Origin: the human T2T-CHM13v2.0 reference genome, Homo sapiens
Strand: one strand, 5' to 3'
DNA: 64,000 bases
NCBI RefSeq assembly: GCF_009914755.1
Contig: NC_060926.1
Made by a program: the position numbers and the translations under genes. Of the stretch, positions 1 through 13,920 are shown piece by piece. The notes beneath the pieces are model-generated. The model ran no database searches and was not told the origin of the DNA. It saw only the letters and a list, made by a program, of their open reading frames with translations. Every line of letters starts with the position of its first letter. The first letter of the stretch is position 1.

Positions 1-241
1 TTCACAATAATGCTCAGACGCCTGGAGTAAAAGGACCGATAAACTGCATCTTTCGGATAAGTGATATGTGACTTTTAGTAGAAGCCTGGTTATTGGGACT
101 AATTCTATGATTCCAGAGATCACCTTCTTGCCTTGATAAGCTGAGTATGTTATTTGGAAACAAGGATCTTGAAAAACCTTGAGAACAAATATGATGAAAA
201 TGGAGATAGTATCAAAAATGCACATCAAAAAGTATAGAAGA

Positions 242-548
242 GGCTGGGTTCAATGGCTCATATGTATAATCTAACCCTTTGAGAAGCTGAGGTGAGAGGA
301 TCACTTGAGGCCAGGAGTTCATGGTCAGCCTGGGAACCTAGCAAGAATACATCTCTATAAAACATTTAAAAAAATTAGCCAGGCCTTATGGCTTGCCTAT
401 AGTCCAATATACTCAGGAGACTGAGGCAGAAAGAGCGCTTGAGGCCAGGAGTTCAAAGCTGCAGTGAGCTATGATGATGCCACTGCATTCTAGCCTGGGT
501 GACAGAGTGATATCCTGTCTATTAAAAAAAAAAAAAAAGAAAAGGTAT
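242..548 (+). mobile_element. AluJ SINE (full-length dimer, diverged)
   Basis: GGCTGGGTTCAATGGCTCA start; AluJ-type GGATCACTTGAGGCCAGGAGTTC and GCTGCAGTGAGCTATGATG; A-tail at 524-538; imperfect TSD AAAAAGTATAGAAGA (227-241) / AAAAGGTATAGAAGGA (549-564). Confidence 0.93.
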
Positions 549-714
549 AAAAGGTATAGAAGGATGTTTGCACTGTGTGCACATTTTTATTTAGGATTTT
601 CTTTTAAAACTAATTCTGATATAAGCAAAAATATCTTATTTCTGCAAAGATTCTTCATTTTTGGCCAGTGGTGCCATGCAATCACATTACATATTTAGAG
701 GAATTATTCCCTGA

Positions 715-1150
715 ATATGCATATATTGAGCACTTACTCTGTGCCAGGCTATATCTGTGTTAGGAATACAAACACAGATATAGCCTGAATACAATATAGC
801 CTGTGTTAGGAATACAAACACAGATATAGCCTGATTCCTGCCCCTAAGGTCTTAAATCCTAATTGGTGGAGAGACAAAGTTATAAATAAATAAAGGCAGA
901 AAAAGTGCCACAAGTGCCCTGTTTGAAATATCCTTAAGGTTTTGGATGAGTCTAGAGGCAGTGCTTCAAGGGAGGATGTGGTCAATTGCACAGTGAGTCT
1001 CAAGTCAAAAAAGCTTGGTAGAGGAGGTGACTTTGAGGTGAGCATTGATGATAAATAAAGTAGGCTAGGGAGATGAGGGGAAGCCATGTGAGTATAGACA
1101 TGACAATGTGGTAGCCCAAAAAGCCCATGCAAGTTGAGAAGGCAGCTGTG
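715..1150 (-). mobile_element. L2 LINE fragment
   Basis: TATTGAGCACTTACTCTGTGCCAGGC and downstream CCTGCCCCTAAGG...GGAGGTGACTTTGAG resemble the L2 3' end read antisense. Confidence 0.7.
755..834. repeat. 34-bp perfect direct duplication with a 12-bp spacer
   Basis: CTGTGTTAGGAATACAAACACAGATATAGCCTGA at 755-788 and 801-834. Confidence 0.95.
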
Positions 1151-4100
1151 AGTTTCATTGCAATGAGATCTGTACCATCAGGTGCTGTCAGGTAGAAATG
1201 GCAGGCTAAGTAGCATATTTGATAGCAACTAAGATAAGGCTGCCTTGCAAATTGAACTTGAAACAAGCTAGATATAAATACAGATCTATTAAGGCAAAGC
1301 ACTTCACGTGTCAGTATCTATTAACTGCCTGATACTGAAATGTATTTGTATTGAGTGGCAGGAGCTGGTGGGCCTGCCGGTCCCAGTAGGGCACAAGACC
1401 AAGAGAGGTTTTTCCCAAAAAGAAGTATTTGCTTACAAGTGCATACAACCCCTGTTGTATTACAATGTGATTATACTGCAGGCTCTTCTAACAGATAAAA
1501 TTGCCTATGATGGAAATCAGAGGGAGAGCACAGTGCAAGGCTAGAGGCTGGTTGGCAGCATGCAAGATCAAACTCTCTTTTAACTTGTATCAGACAAGGG
1601 ATTATCATTGGATTTTGTGATATTTTTGAGTGATACTCATATAGTTGCATTAAAAACAGTCTTGGGAAATTATCTGAATGCATCTACTTAAATGACAAGA
1701 ATAGATGACAAATTATATCTCCATATCTGTCTAAAAAGAAGGGAGGATTTCATAGTTAGACACCAGGGATTAGGCTTTGCTCTGTATTTTTACAATTATA
1801 TTATTTCCCCATCTTAAATTAGTAAAGTGGAGCTGATGGTTTTCCCTAGCTCCACGGAGAGAGAGCAAGCATATCACACTATCAGGAACCCAGAATTCTC
1901 TTGTATTGTCTATGTTATCTGCAAGATACCATAATACAATCATTCCTTGCTGCGATGAAAAAGGCACATTTCTAAGCAGAATGATATCTGATTCAACACT
2001 GTATTTGTATTTATCCAGTGCGCCCCCCTGAAAAGACAAACACATGCATTTCATTTACCATCTGATCTTTATTTTTTTTCTAAACCTTTCCTTACCATCC
2101 ACACAGGCCCCTGTAGCTTCTAGCCCAGATTTATAAGATAAAAGACCAGTGCTGTTGCTATAGGGGATAGAATGCAACAATGAAAGTTCTGAGTCCAGTA
2201 AAATTTTTAAATGCTTTTTTTTGTTTTCCAATATATTTTATGAACTTTTACATTTACTGAGTTTTATGAAATTCTGTAGTTCTTTCAGCAATAACCAATT
2301 ACAACCTTTTGTCCTTTGTTGCCCAGGGTTAAATTTGATCGAAATAGAACCAGATCTGAATGCTCAGTGATTGTTTTAGATTTCAGCCAAATCAATAATG
2401 TTGCTTTATCTATCAGAGTGTTTTGGAAGGTTTAATTGTACTGATTGAGTAGAAATTGGAAATGTTGTGATTACGGTATTGTAATTCACATGCACCAAGC
2501 TATACCAGTATGGAGATAAAAGTAGTGTTTAAATAGCAATTACAAAAACAATTGTGCACTCATCAGTCCTTCCTCTCACTTCTCTCAGATAGTTCTGGGG
2601 GATCCCAGAATCTCTTTTGTGACCCCCGGACCAGTTAGTGTCCTTAGTAACCTCAACAGAATAAGCGTTTTTCTCTTCTTATGTTGTGGTTTGTTCTAAC
2701 AATGTCTGCTATTTCAATGTTTAGTCTGCTTTCCCTATTACACCATGTAAATATTCTAGAAATTTTAGTATCTTTCATCCAGGTCACATCATCCCAGCTT
2801 CTTGCCGCTGAAAGCAAGATAAATACAGTTATTCTACTATAAGCTACACTTTCAGATTGAAAATACTGTCATAGCTTGTATCATCAAGTTTTCCAGTAAG
2901 AGGATCACTAGCTGTTGCTTGTAAATATTTTTCTTTTTCAGATTTTGTATAACATATCTGTACTCAAATGAGGCAAATCTATTCTAGTCATTAGTTTCAC
3001 TGTCCACTGGGGGAATAAGGAAGGTAGGAGAAATACTCATGGTTTGACAACACTGCATAATTTCCCCATCCAGTGAAATATTCTGTCTGGGTCAAGCTAA
3101 AATGAGCCACCTTGTCAATTAATACCAGCATCCTTTTTGGCAAATAGATCTGTCTCTTTGTTCTGCTTCACTGTATACAGAAAAGGGGCCTCAAAAGTCA
3201 GAGCTGTTAGATCATTGCCATATACAAGTCTTTAGTTTTGTGTTGACTGAATGGGTTAGATTTCTAGAACAAAAGATTGTTCCTTTAAAAGTGATTCCCC
3301 TGGGATAACTGATTTCTCACAAAATGTATTGCAGATGAGACTGTTTGGATGAACATTTATAAAGCAGACATTCTAGTTGGTCTAGAACTGAACTTATTTT
3401 AGATAGAGCTAGTGATGCCCTTTCCCCAGCATCAGTTATATTGTCTTATTTATATGGGGTTTAGGTACCTATTGGGAAACTAATTTGAACAATAATGAAG
3501 TTCAGGCATGTCTAGAAGGCTGGGAGGATAAGCAAGCTCAATGGGAACCAAAATACAAAAAAAAGAGGATGACTTGGCTTCACAGAGTGAATTTATTGTA
3601 ACAGAAGGTGGTGTCTGGCTCAATGATCAATTCTGCAATGGGGCATGGAGTTGAGAAGAGAGAGGCAGTTCTGCTGATATTGTATTGACTGTTGAAAATA
3701 ACATTATCTTGTTATATACATAAAACAGGTGACCCTTGCTGGTTCTTTCATCACTTTTTCTATCAATAGTTACACATATGGACAGTTTTTTTCAAGTGGA
3801 ACAAAAAAACAAGTGCATATTTACACACTTATTTGTATCACAGATTAAAGCTCAATCCTTGTATTGGAGTGGCATAATTACATCCACATATAAGCATTTG
3901 CATATGAATGTCCTTGATTTGCATGGACAATTATAAGTACTCTTTTTTGCTCATGCAAATGAAGAAACACCTTTGGAATATTGGCCTCATAATTTCTAAT
4001 CATATATCATTGAGTGGCATATACAGTTTTAGGAAAGCAATCGGCATCATTTCAAGAATAAGAAGTCATTTAGGCAGATTTTCTCTGAGAAGTGCTTGAC

Positions 4101-5133
4101 AGAATAATTTTTCTTCCTAATAAGAATAATGTTTAAAGATTGAGCATTCAATAGTCCAAAGAGAAAAGGGATAAAGGACTGACTTCGTGGTTCCTGGATA
4201 AGCATAAAATAGTATACTTGACTTCACTTGGATATCATATAGAGAATTTTGTAAGTGTTTCAATACAAGCAATCGGAAGACTGTTTATTATCTTTGCACT
4301 ACAAAGCATTGAAATTCCTGAAAGAAAGAGTGGCAAGAAGATGTTGGAAAGTTAACAAGGGTCAAAACTCTTGGCTTAGAAGGCAAAGGGTCGTGCCAGG
4401 CATTTGTAGTTATATTTCCTAGGTTTCTGTCTCTTCAAATAAATTTCAACGTGAGTTGAATATTTCCTAGGGGACAGTGAAACTCACATTAGGGTTTCAG
4501 CAGCTGTCCAATAGCCCACGATTTCTGATTATTTAACATGATCTTGAATGTCGACTTTATGTCCAAAGTATTTGGTCTGTTTTGGGGTGTTTCTATCCAG
4601 TTCTCAGTTACTTAGATATGTGAAATTACTTCTTGTCATGAGCATGATCATGAGGAGAAAATGTTCAGTTCTATCATTTATGTGCTTTCAGTAATTACAC
4701 TTCATTTATTGGATCATGAGAAATGACATTTTGCATCTAAGTGAATACAGTTATAATGTATTCACCTCAGTTAGTTAAATCTTAATTCTGTAACTGAGGT
4801 GACTCTGCCCTTATACAATCATTCTGTAGTAGGCCTTTTTTCTCATTTTATCTAAGAATATAGCCATTTTGAACACATGAAACAAATGCCTCTTAGATGG
4901 TTGCCTCTTTCTCTATCCAAAACGAGGTTGAAAGATAAATCTTTTCACAGGACATTGGGAGATAGTCCTGGGCACATGTAACCACAGTTCAGACACTTGG
5001 GGTCCAGGCAGGATGTATTCCCAAGCTTGTGGGCCAAGCCATCTTTCCTCACTACCTTCAAGGTCCACATGGATTTATGTTTCTACTTGGAAGAATACTG
5101 TGTATAGTTATTTCCACATGTTTCATTCTTGCA

Positions 5134-5136
<3 letters not shown>

Positions 5137-5169
<33 letters not shown>

Positions 5170-5221
5170 TTGTGTATGTATATATACATATATATATACA
5201 TGAATATATATATGTGTGTGT
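5137..5221. repeat. (TG)n microsatellite grading into TA/TG low complexity
   Basis: Pure TG run 5137-5164, then TATATACATA-type repeats. Confidence 0.95.
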
Positions 5222-5374
5222 ATTCTAACTGAAGAGTTTATTTATGATAAATGATAGTAGAGATTTTTCACTCCCATGAAAGCAGGTTTTGAAAATAAAG
5301 GATTTTGAGAGCACTTTAATAATTATAACAGCTCTGTATATCTATGATATACCTTATGTTTACAGTTACCTTGA

Positions 5375-5520
5375 CATGAAGGTGAGGCCAGTATAATGAC
5401 CTCTATTTTACAGGTGAGAAAACTGAGCCCAAGAAGTTTAAATGATCTGTTCAATGAGTTAATGCTCAGTACTGGAAGAACTAAGGCTGAATCCTACCTC
5501 AAGGGCTCCTAGTTTGGTGC
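5375..5520 (-). mobile_element. MIR SINE
   Basis: MIR core antisense: CTATTTTACAGGTGAGAAAACTGAGCCCAAGAAGTTTAAATGATCTG. Confidence 0.8.
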
Positions 5521-8499
5521 CTTTTCTGGCAGTGAGTCCTGTGCCTTCCACTCCTGTACATCCTATAGCAACAAGTAAAGCCTTAGATAAAACATAGATT
5601 TGAAGCTAATACTTGTTTGCTTTAATGAATGTTTCTTCCTTAGAGATCACAAAATGTGCCCAAAGCAAGTATGCCTATTGGTTTCAGCTGTTAGTTCAAC
5701 TATAACATCTTGCAAAATGCCGAGAGAAACAGCTACAACTTAGAAGATAAAATTGTCATTTTAAATATCTTGAATACAGTGATTATATTTATATCATGTT
5801 ATATATAATGTATTTTGAGATGGGTGTGAGAAATTGTGGGTGGTTGCCGTCAGTATATACCTCATTAACAGCAAGAAATACCACCACACCAGGGTCTAAT
5901 GGTAAAGTTTGAAGCCTCTCTTCTGCTCTGCAAATTTCTTCAAGGAACACTCCAATTTCCAAACCTTCCATGCAGTCTTGTTTGCCTCTCCAGCACGCAC
6001 TTCTTTTGTCTTGTCTGGTCTCCGCCAGGACTCACATTCCTTATCATGCCATGTTGCCCATATTTTCCCAAAGTTTTATGTGTGTCTCTTTTGTCCCCAC
6101 AACCAGATTACGAAACCTGTGAATGAAGGGATAGTATTTGAGCTCCTTTTTATTTCCCCCTAAGCCTACTTAATATATGCTTTTTGGATGAATAATAGAA
6201 TTAAAATAAACAGATTTTCTGTTACATTTGTCAGCTATCCATAAGCATACTATGTCAAATTTGAGGCGCTGCAGGTTAGGAGACACGAGAGGATATGAAA
6301 GGGAAGTAATTATGATAAAGTGGATGAAAAGAGAGATCTTGAAGAGAGGTTAAATACCTGAAATAACAGTAGGCATGGTGAGCTTATATGCCGTCTTCAC
6401 ATACATATTTCCATAACGGATTGCAAGCTTTCTGAAGATGCCCATGAAGCTTAGCACAACACATGGCCGAGAATACGTACTCAGTTAGTATTTGTCAGTC
6501 TAATTAAGAGAAGATATTTACAGACAGGTAAAGAACATTCCTCCACTCCTACTTCCCCTTTTGAGTCATCAAAATTCACCATTTGGTTAACCATCTGCCT
6601 CCCTAGCCCCTAAGATTAAAGTTGGGTGAGAGAGAAAATTGTGAAACATAGAGTGTACAGACAATGCCCTGCAGAATGAGTGACCCGTGAGGTCAGGAGC
6701 CGTCTTACATTCCCTCAGAAGTCAAGGAGCTCTCAGCTGCTTCTTTGGAGCTGAGGGAAGCATATTCTTAGTGGAGTGGATGGGAGCACTTGAAACAGAG
6801 GTAGCAAGTTCCATAAAAATAAGTAGACCTTGCACCCACGCTTGGGCAATGTCAGAACACAGCCTCAGGGTCAGCATGTGAACTCCATACCTACTCTGGA
6901 TGTTGCTCAAACTTTGAAATATATTTAGTGGAGGATGTATTTCAAAGAAGCAGGGAAGGCTGATTTTTTAAAAAGAAACATGGAGAGGGAGAAAATGGGG
7001 GCAAAATTACCCATTTAATAAACACCAAATGATATTTAGGATTTGAAACCTTAAGTGGATTACACTTTCCCATCAATGGAGGTCTCCAGTCTGCTCCTCC
7101 TGTGAGTAGCAATGCCTGTTAATGTAGCATCATGAGAAAAGGGAATTAGGATTTTTCCACATTCTGGTGGGAATGTGCCATTATGTGCCCCAGGATCTGA
7201 CTGGTCATCCTAGGACAATCACTGGGAACTGTATGGGATGATCATTAGAAGAATTGAGTCCCCTGATGAGTCTACATCGTATTTTCTGCTTTAGAGACAA
7301 GCTAATAATGGCTGTGCACACTGAATCCTGGGTTTTAGCAGATAAGAATGTTGCCCAGGATGTTCAAAATCACATCAGAGAGAATAATTTGACAGGAGGA
7401 TAAATAAATAATGCACTTGCTAGTTAGCCTGCAAATAAATGATGACTCTTGAAAACTGTACCTATTTGAATCGTATCTTTTTGAGCAAAATTGGGCCCAC
7501 TGTATAGGCAGAGCTGCTTCTCCATTTCTAACTTTAGTATTCCTGCTTTGGCACAGGTATTTCTTTTTCATTAGAGCTTTTCAACCAGAAAAGCTAATAT
7601 CTGAATATATTATTCTACATATTTACTTCGAACTTAACAGGACTGAAGCTCAGTGAAGCAGTTTACATGCGTGGAATACTAACAGAAGTAAGCAGAGGAG
7701 TGGAAGGAAAGATATAAGATGGCCAGGAACAGTGTCCCATATAGCAAAGTAATGGAAAAGGCAGAGCAAGATTCTCAGATAGTGAAGTTGGTCAGGAGCA
7801 AAGTATTTGAAGAAGGTTTAAAAATAGCAAAAAGTCCTTATAAGCAGACATTTTCCACAACTTTTACCAAATAGTAAGCACATAGGATTGAAAACAAAAA
7901 AACACACGAAGATAGATGAACTGTTAAGGATTATTAGTAGAAACAAAAATTGGCTGATGGGTTCTGATACATCTGAAGACTTGTAAGTAGACTTTGGATT
8001 TATAAAGAAGGATGCATCTTGATACTTTCAAAATAGAATTCATAGAAAATTTATTTTTGCTACTTATAATAACAAATAAAGAAAATCACCAATAGGACAT
8101 GCGTAAGATGGAACTAAAATTCAAGGAAAGGAGGCCAAATAAGCCCCAGGTGTTGAATGTGACGGAAGAGAATATGCATGGCTTCCCCTCACTGGGGAAT
8201 TGTGAGATGTCCTGAGATGAACTGGGCAAAGGATGGGGGAGGTTGACAATTATGCTGAGAGGCAGGAATAGAAACGGAGGCAGTGATTGGGAAATGGCAC
8301 AGATCCAAGAATCAGGAGCCATGGCGGAAGTAGGTAATGATTTGTGGAGCTATCTTGGTCTCCAAAAGAAACATGAAAGGCAGTTTCTAAGAAGAAATTG
8401 AGAGGGATAAAATAAAATAAACAGTAGAAACGAAAAATTAGCATGCCAATGGACACACACGTGAGCGTAGTCAGTCTGCTTTCACCTTGGGCCACTGTC

Positions 8500-8833
8500 C
8501 AGAGTCCTCTTCCTCTGGAGAGCTGTATGACTCCCTTCTTCCCTTCCTTCAGGTCCCTGCTTATTTATAATTTTATCAATGAAGTTTTCTTTGACCATGA
8601 TATTCAAAACAGCAGTGCAATTCTCCATCCCTCTGCATAACCTATTTTTGCTGACCCTGCTTTACTATATAGCATTTATTGCTTCCTAAAATGCTATCTA
8701 TTTATGGTCTGTCTCTTTCAAGTATAGTGTATGATCCATAAAGGCAGGAATGTTGTCTGTGTTTGTTCTCTGCTGTGTCTCCAGAGCCTAGAACAGTGCT
8801 CAGGACTTAGCAGTCATTGAATGAATAAATGAA
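8500..8833 (+). mobile_element. L2 (L2a-like) 3' end
   Basis: CCTTCCTTCAGGTC...GGCAGGAATGTTGTCTGTGTTTGTTCTCTGCTGTGTCTCCAGAGCCTAGAACAGTGC...TGAATGAATAAATGAA tail. Confidence 0.85.
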
Positions 8834-9575
8834 GGGACAGTCCTTGGAAGAAATGTGCTGAGAATTGGAGGGTGCAAAATTCTTGATCCATCACAAATTC
8901 TTATTTGCTGGCTAACCAGTTTCTCTTCACTAGCTTCAATGTGTCATCTGTAATATTGTGTGAATTAGGCGAGGTCGGGAGTAGGAATATTATATTGCCC
9001 CAGGGAAGGAATTGAACTAGCCCAGCTCTTTGAATTTCTTCTGGTTCATAGTCCTATGATTTTGTGATTCTAAGATTTCATCATCTAAATATTCTATTTT
9101 CTCCCACTGTGAATTCTCTGCTTTTAAATCAAGTGAATATCTCAATTTTATATGAAATCTGCAGAAGATGAAGATTCGCTTTGGTGGGATAAGCAAACAT
9201 AAGACGAAAGACACCAAAATAATTTTTTGGCCTCGTTAGTCTAAGTTATTCTATATTGGTGAATTGGCTTCTATATTTAGTTGAACCAGGGGGAAAGACA
9301 TTCAAAACAGTTGTGCTGATGTATTTTTTTTTTCAACCTGTTATTTAAAGGAATTGACCAAATATAGTAGACAATTCCTTGGCTGTTATTTAGAAAAAGC
9401 TACGAGCTTGAATCAATATGATATGTTGCTCTGTAGGTATTGAAAATCATTCTACTGTTGTCACTAATTGCTTTGGCATTCTGCAAAAGTACGAAGTGTC
9501 AGCTATTTATTAATAAATCTGTTTTTGTAGTAGGGGGTGCATCTTTACTGTTTATCATGTACCAGCAGTAAAGTG

Positions 9576-9576
<1 letters not shown>

Positions 9577-9614
<38 letters not shown>

Positions 9615-9622
9615 ACACACAC
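9577..9622. repeat. (CA)n microsatellite, one interruption
   Basis: Direct reading. Confidence 0.95.
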
Positions 9623-11099
9623 TAGAGCCTTGAATATAGAGCCTTGAATAGAGCATGTAATGAAAGACTGTCAGCATGCAGCGTATCTGTTGATTATAAA
9701 GCAGGTAATGGGATGTGCGAGGAGAACCATATGAATACAATTCTTCTAAAGCCCTCATCGCCAATGATCACTCTTACATAGATTAAAAACTGTCAGATAT
9801 AATCATTTATCAGGTAATTGTAAAATGGGAAAATACAAAATTGCGAAGAGATTTCTGATGGCTTGTCACAGTCAGCCCCTGGACCAGGCTTGCATAGGAT
9901 TCATGAGATTAAATAGATAAAACACATATTCATTTGATTTTCTAGTGCAACTGAATTGAGAGAGGTGGTTGTGCAGGACAGACGCTTCATCTCTTTTTAT
10001 GCAGCAGTGAGTGCTAGAGAAGGCGATCCTCTGTCTTCATCTTTTTAACAGAGCACTTCTAGAGACACAAACTATAGCTTCAAACCATTCCAGAAAATAA
10101 GATTGTTTCCTCAGACAAGAAAGAATAATGGAAGAATGCACTCCTCCACCATATCCAAGCCATGTTATACACACGTTTAATGCTGTGTATGTAAATATGC
10201 CTATGAGGCAAGATTTGGGAAGTACTGAGAACACTTTTGTAGCTCCATGGATCATTTCCACTAGCTTAATCCAGTTGCTGAAATCATCATTACAAGGCTT
10301 GCCAATCCTGAAAACAAAAGCCTTTTCCCTTAGTCTGATTTAAGGATGTGTTTAAGGATAGACCCAACAAATGAACTATATACCAGGGTGAGAAATATGA
10401 GGCAGCTCTTGGTGCCCCTGCCCTGGAACCTCAAAAAAACTAAACATGTTTGAGTACTCTCCTCTCTGACCAAAAAAATCTTAAGTTTTTCAAAACATAT
10501 GAATTGAATACTTAATATTATGTGCCAAGCAAAGAGGGGGGTGGCTTCTGTTCTCAGCAGGAGGCAAGCATATAAATAAATAACTGCACATATGCAATAT
10601 GCCATTTGAGGAACACATTATGTTGCTTAAGGTTTATTGAGAAATCAGTGACACATGGGTTTGAAGGAAGGGTTCAGTAAAGCTTTTTGCAGAAAGTGAC
10701 TTCAGAGCAAGACTTTCAGAAAGATTAAGAGGTCATTAGGTAGACCAGAAAGTTTAAAATACTGCAAAAGCAATGCAGCAAAAGGAACCCATCTCACAAA
10801 GTGGCTGCCCCTTTTCTTACTGATACTAACTTTCTTTCCCTCCACCCCGGCCTGCTTCATTTTTCTATTTTTCTATTCTGTAGCAGCTTTCATTTGTATA
10901 GACATCTTCTGTGACATGCAAGTGTAGCAGAAATTGGCCAAGCATTACCGAAATTATTTGAGTGATGATTTTCTTCATCTTCTCAAGGAGGGTACAGAGA
11001 TAGTACCATCTACATGCATGGGAGAGAGATTAATTTATTATGTGCCGTGGGTGCCTTAAGGCATTAAGACTTAATTCTCTGGTTGAGAAGGGATAGGAT

Positions 11100-11830
11100 A
11101 GACATCCACCAAACTTATTCCGTGTTTGTTCTAGCCACAAAGATAGGCTACTTCTTCCACTCTCTCTAGAAGTGAGGTGGGGCTGGGTGACCAAGTTCTA
11201 GATAATGGAACACATGTAGAATTGATGTGTGCTAATAAAAATCACCCTGCATGCTTCTTTACATGCATTCCATATCCACTAGCTGGAATCAGAGGACTCT
11301 GAATATATAGAGAAATATAGAACCACAAGGTGGAAGGATCCTGAATTCCCAAATTACATTATCAAAACTGATATGTTTTGGCTCTATGTCCCCATCCAAA
11401 TCTCATCTTGTAGTGCCCATAATTCCCATGTGTTGTGGGAGGGACCCTATGGGAGATATTTGAATCATGAGGGCAGGTCTTTCCCATGCTATTCTCATGA
11501 CAGTGAATAAGTCTCATGAGATCTGATGGATTTAAAAACGGGAGTTTCCTTGCACAAACTCTCTCTCTTTGCCTGCTGCCATCCATGTAAGACATGACTT
11601 GCTCCTCCTTGCATTCCACCATGATCGTGAGGCTTCCCTAGCCACTTGGAACTGTAAATCCATTAAACCTCTTTCTTTTGTAAATTGCCCAGTCTTGGGT
11701 ATATCTTTATCAGCAAAATGAAAATGGACTAATACAAAAACCCACCTGCCAAAAACTATGATTGAACTATTATACACACAAGAAATAAAGTTTTATTGTG
11801 TTAATCCATTAAACTTTGGGAACCATCTCT
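11100..11830 (+). mobile_element. Old MLT1 (MLT1I/J-like) MaLR LTR split by THE1C
   Basis: GTGACCAAGTTCTAGATAATGGAA...GAACCACAAGGTGGAAGGATCCTG; resumes after THE1 with AGAAATAAAGTTTTATTGTGTTAATCCA. Confidence 0.7.
11369..11736 (+). mobile_element. THE1C-type MaLR solo LTR
   Basis: TGATATG...GACTAATACA termini; AAAAACGGGAGTTTCC and CCATCCATGTAAGA diagnostics; 5-bp TSD AAAAC at 11364-11368 and 11737-11741. Confidence 0.93.
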
Positions 11831-11864
11831 TAATTAGTCTGCCTTTAAGCAGAAGTATTGTTTT

Positions 11865-11997
11865 TCCAGGTTTGCAACTAAGGAAATAATGATTATAGAA
11901 CAGAAAACTTTGACCAAGGCAAAAGAGCTAACAAATAATGGAAACGTCACTTGAACTCAGACCATGTCACTCTAGAGACCCTGATCTTACCATTCTT
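11865..11997 (-). mobile_element. MIR fragment
   Basis: CCAAGGC...AGAGCTAACAAATAATGGAA...TTGAACTCAGACC...CTCTAGAG pattern. Confidence 0.6.
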
Positions 11998-12282
11998 TAT
12001 GATTTCTTTTCTACATAATTTTCCACAGAAAATTAACATCTTGCCCCATAAGGCAAGGAATAGGTCCAGCACAAAATCTCCGATTGCCATTAGTAACCAG
12101 TGATGTGGTGAATCCAATCAGCTGAATATGCACTTTGGCTTTGCAGATAAAGCCCTATGATTGTGCTTCCTTCAAAAGCAGGCTCAGCAGCTGTCCTTCT
12201 GGTTACTTCTAGGGGGTTGGCATGACTCCCATTTTCTCTAATTCAGTGGCATGAAAGTTTCCTTTTTCTGCTTGTTCTAGAA

Positions 12283-12790
<508 letters not shown>

Positions 12791-13704
12791 TCTATAGCAC
12801 CGAAATACTCTGAAATTTGCTTTCCTGAACAAGAGTGCCCCCAGTACCTGTTGTCTATTCCAACCAGAATCCTCTTCATCTCAGTAACTCTCTATTGTAT
12901 TTTCCTAACATGACCCACTCTTACCTGGCCGCAATTACAGGTATATTTATTTAAAGAGCCGTGTTTTGACTCATACCTGGCCTGGCTTTGACTTCCCTTC
13001 ACGAGATCTAGCTATCCCAGACTGAGGATCTCAGACCACAAGCAGGCATTAGCTGTTGTAAAGTAGATGTACACTTTAGAAGAAAATTTTAGGTAATCTA
13101 TAGTCATTGACAGCTTAGTTTATGAAAGTGTCATATTGGCTCCAGGTACTAAATTGGAATCTATGAGAAATGACTCCTATACCGATCAATTATTATGTGA
13201 GTCCCTATTAGGGGAAGAGATGAGAACATAAGGAATTATCTTCGGAGGCCCTATATTGTTAGGCACATTTTCCCATGCATTTATGGATTAATTAGTATTT
13301 GATAACCCACCTCCACTACATAACATTTTTGTTTGCTTCTCCTCTTATGGCATTGTAAAAATCTAACTGCCTGCATTTTAAATAAGAACATATTACTGCT
13401 CTTAACTGAAATACCTCAAACATCAGCAGAAATGTGTCATAGCGTCCTTTTTGCATCCTCTGTACTTTATGGCTTCTCAGGCATCTGGCTGTGAGAATAA
13501 GCCAAGAGCAGACATTCATAGGCTTATCCTGTGAGGAAATATATACAGGTGTCGTTTCTGAACTGGGTGGTCCCTGGATCTGAAATTTGATTACTTAAAA
13601 TAATTCTGGCTACTTATTTATTGGAAACGTGAGCATGTGACACACAGTTCTCCAACTGCTAACAATAAGGAATTTCCAGTGGCCTCATCAATAGGCTGTC
13701 CTTG

Positions 13705-13920
13705 GAGTATGGTGGAGAAGAGTGCGGGCCCTTGTGCCAAATGGCTGGATTTCGATTCTCACTCCACTCTTATTTGCTCTTTTACTTTGAAGAAGTTGCT
13801 TAATCTCTCTATGTATCAGTTTTCTCATGTGAGAAATAGATTCACTCTGTTCTCATGAGGTTAAATAAATAAGACATGGAAATTACTTGGAACTGAACAG
13901 ACAGCAAGCAGTATATAATT
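13705..13920 (+). mobile_element. MIR SINE
   Basis: AAGTTGCTTAATCTCTCTATGTATCAGTTTTCTCATGTGAGAAATAG core; GAGGTTAAATAAATAA. Confidence 0.8.

Noticed and set aside
7438-7530. C/D snoRNA from the ATGATGA box (also ~22505)
   Set aside because: No suitably placed CTGA D box with a terminal stem.
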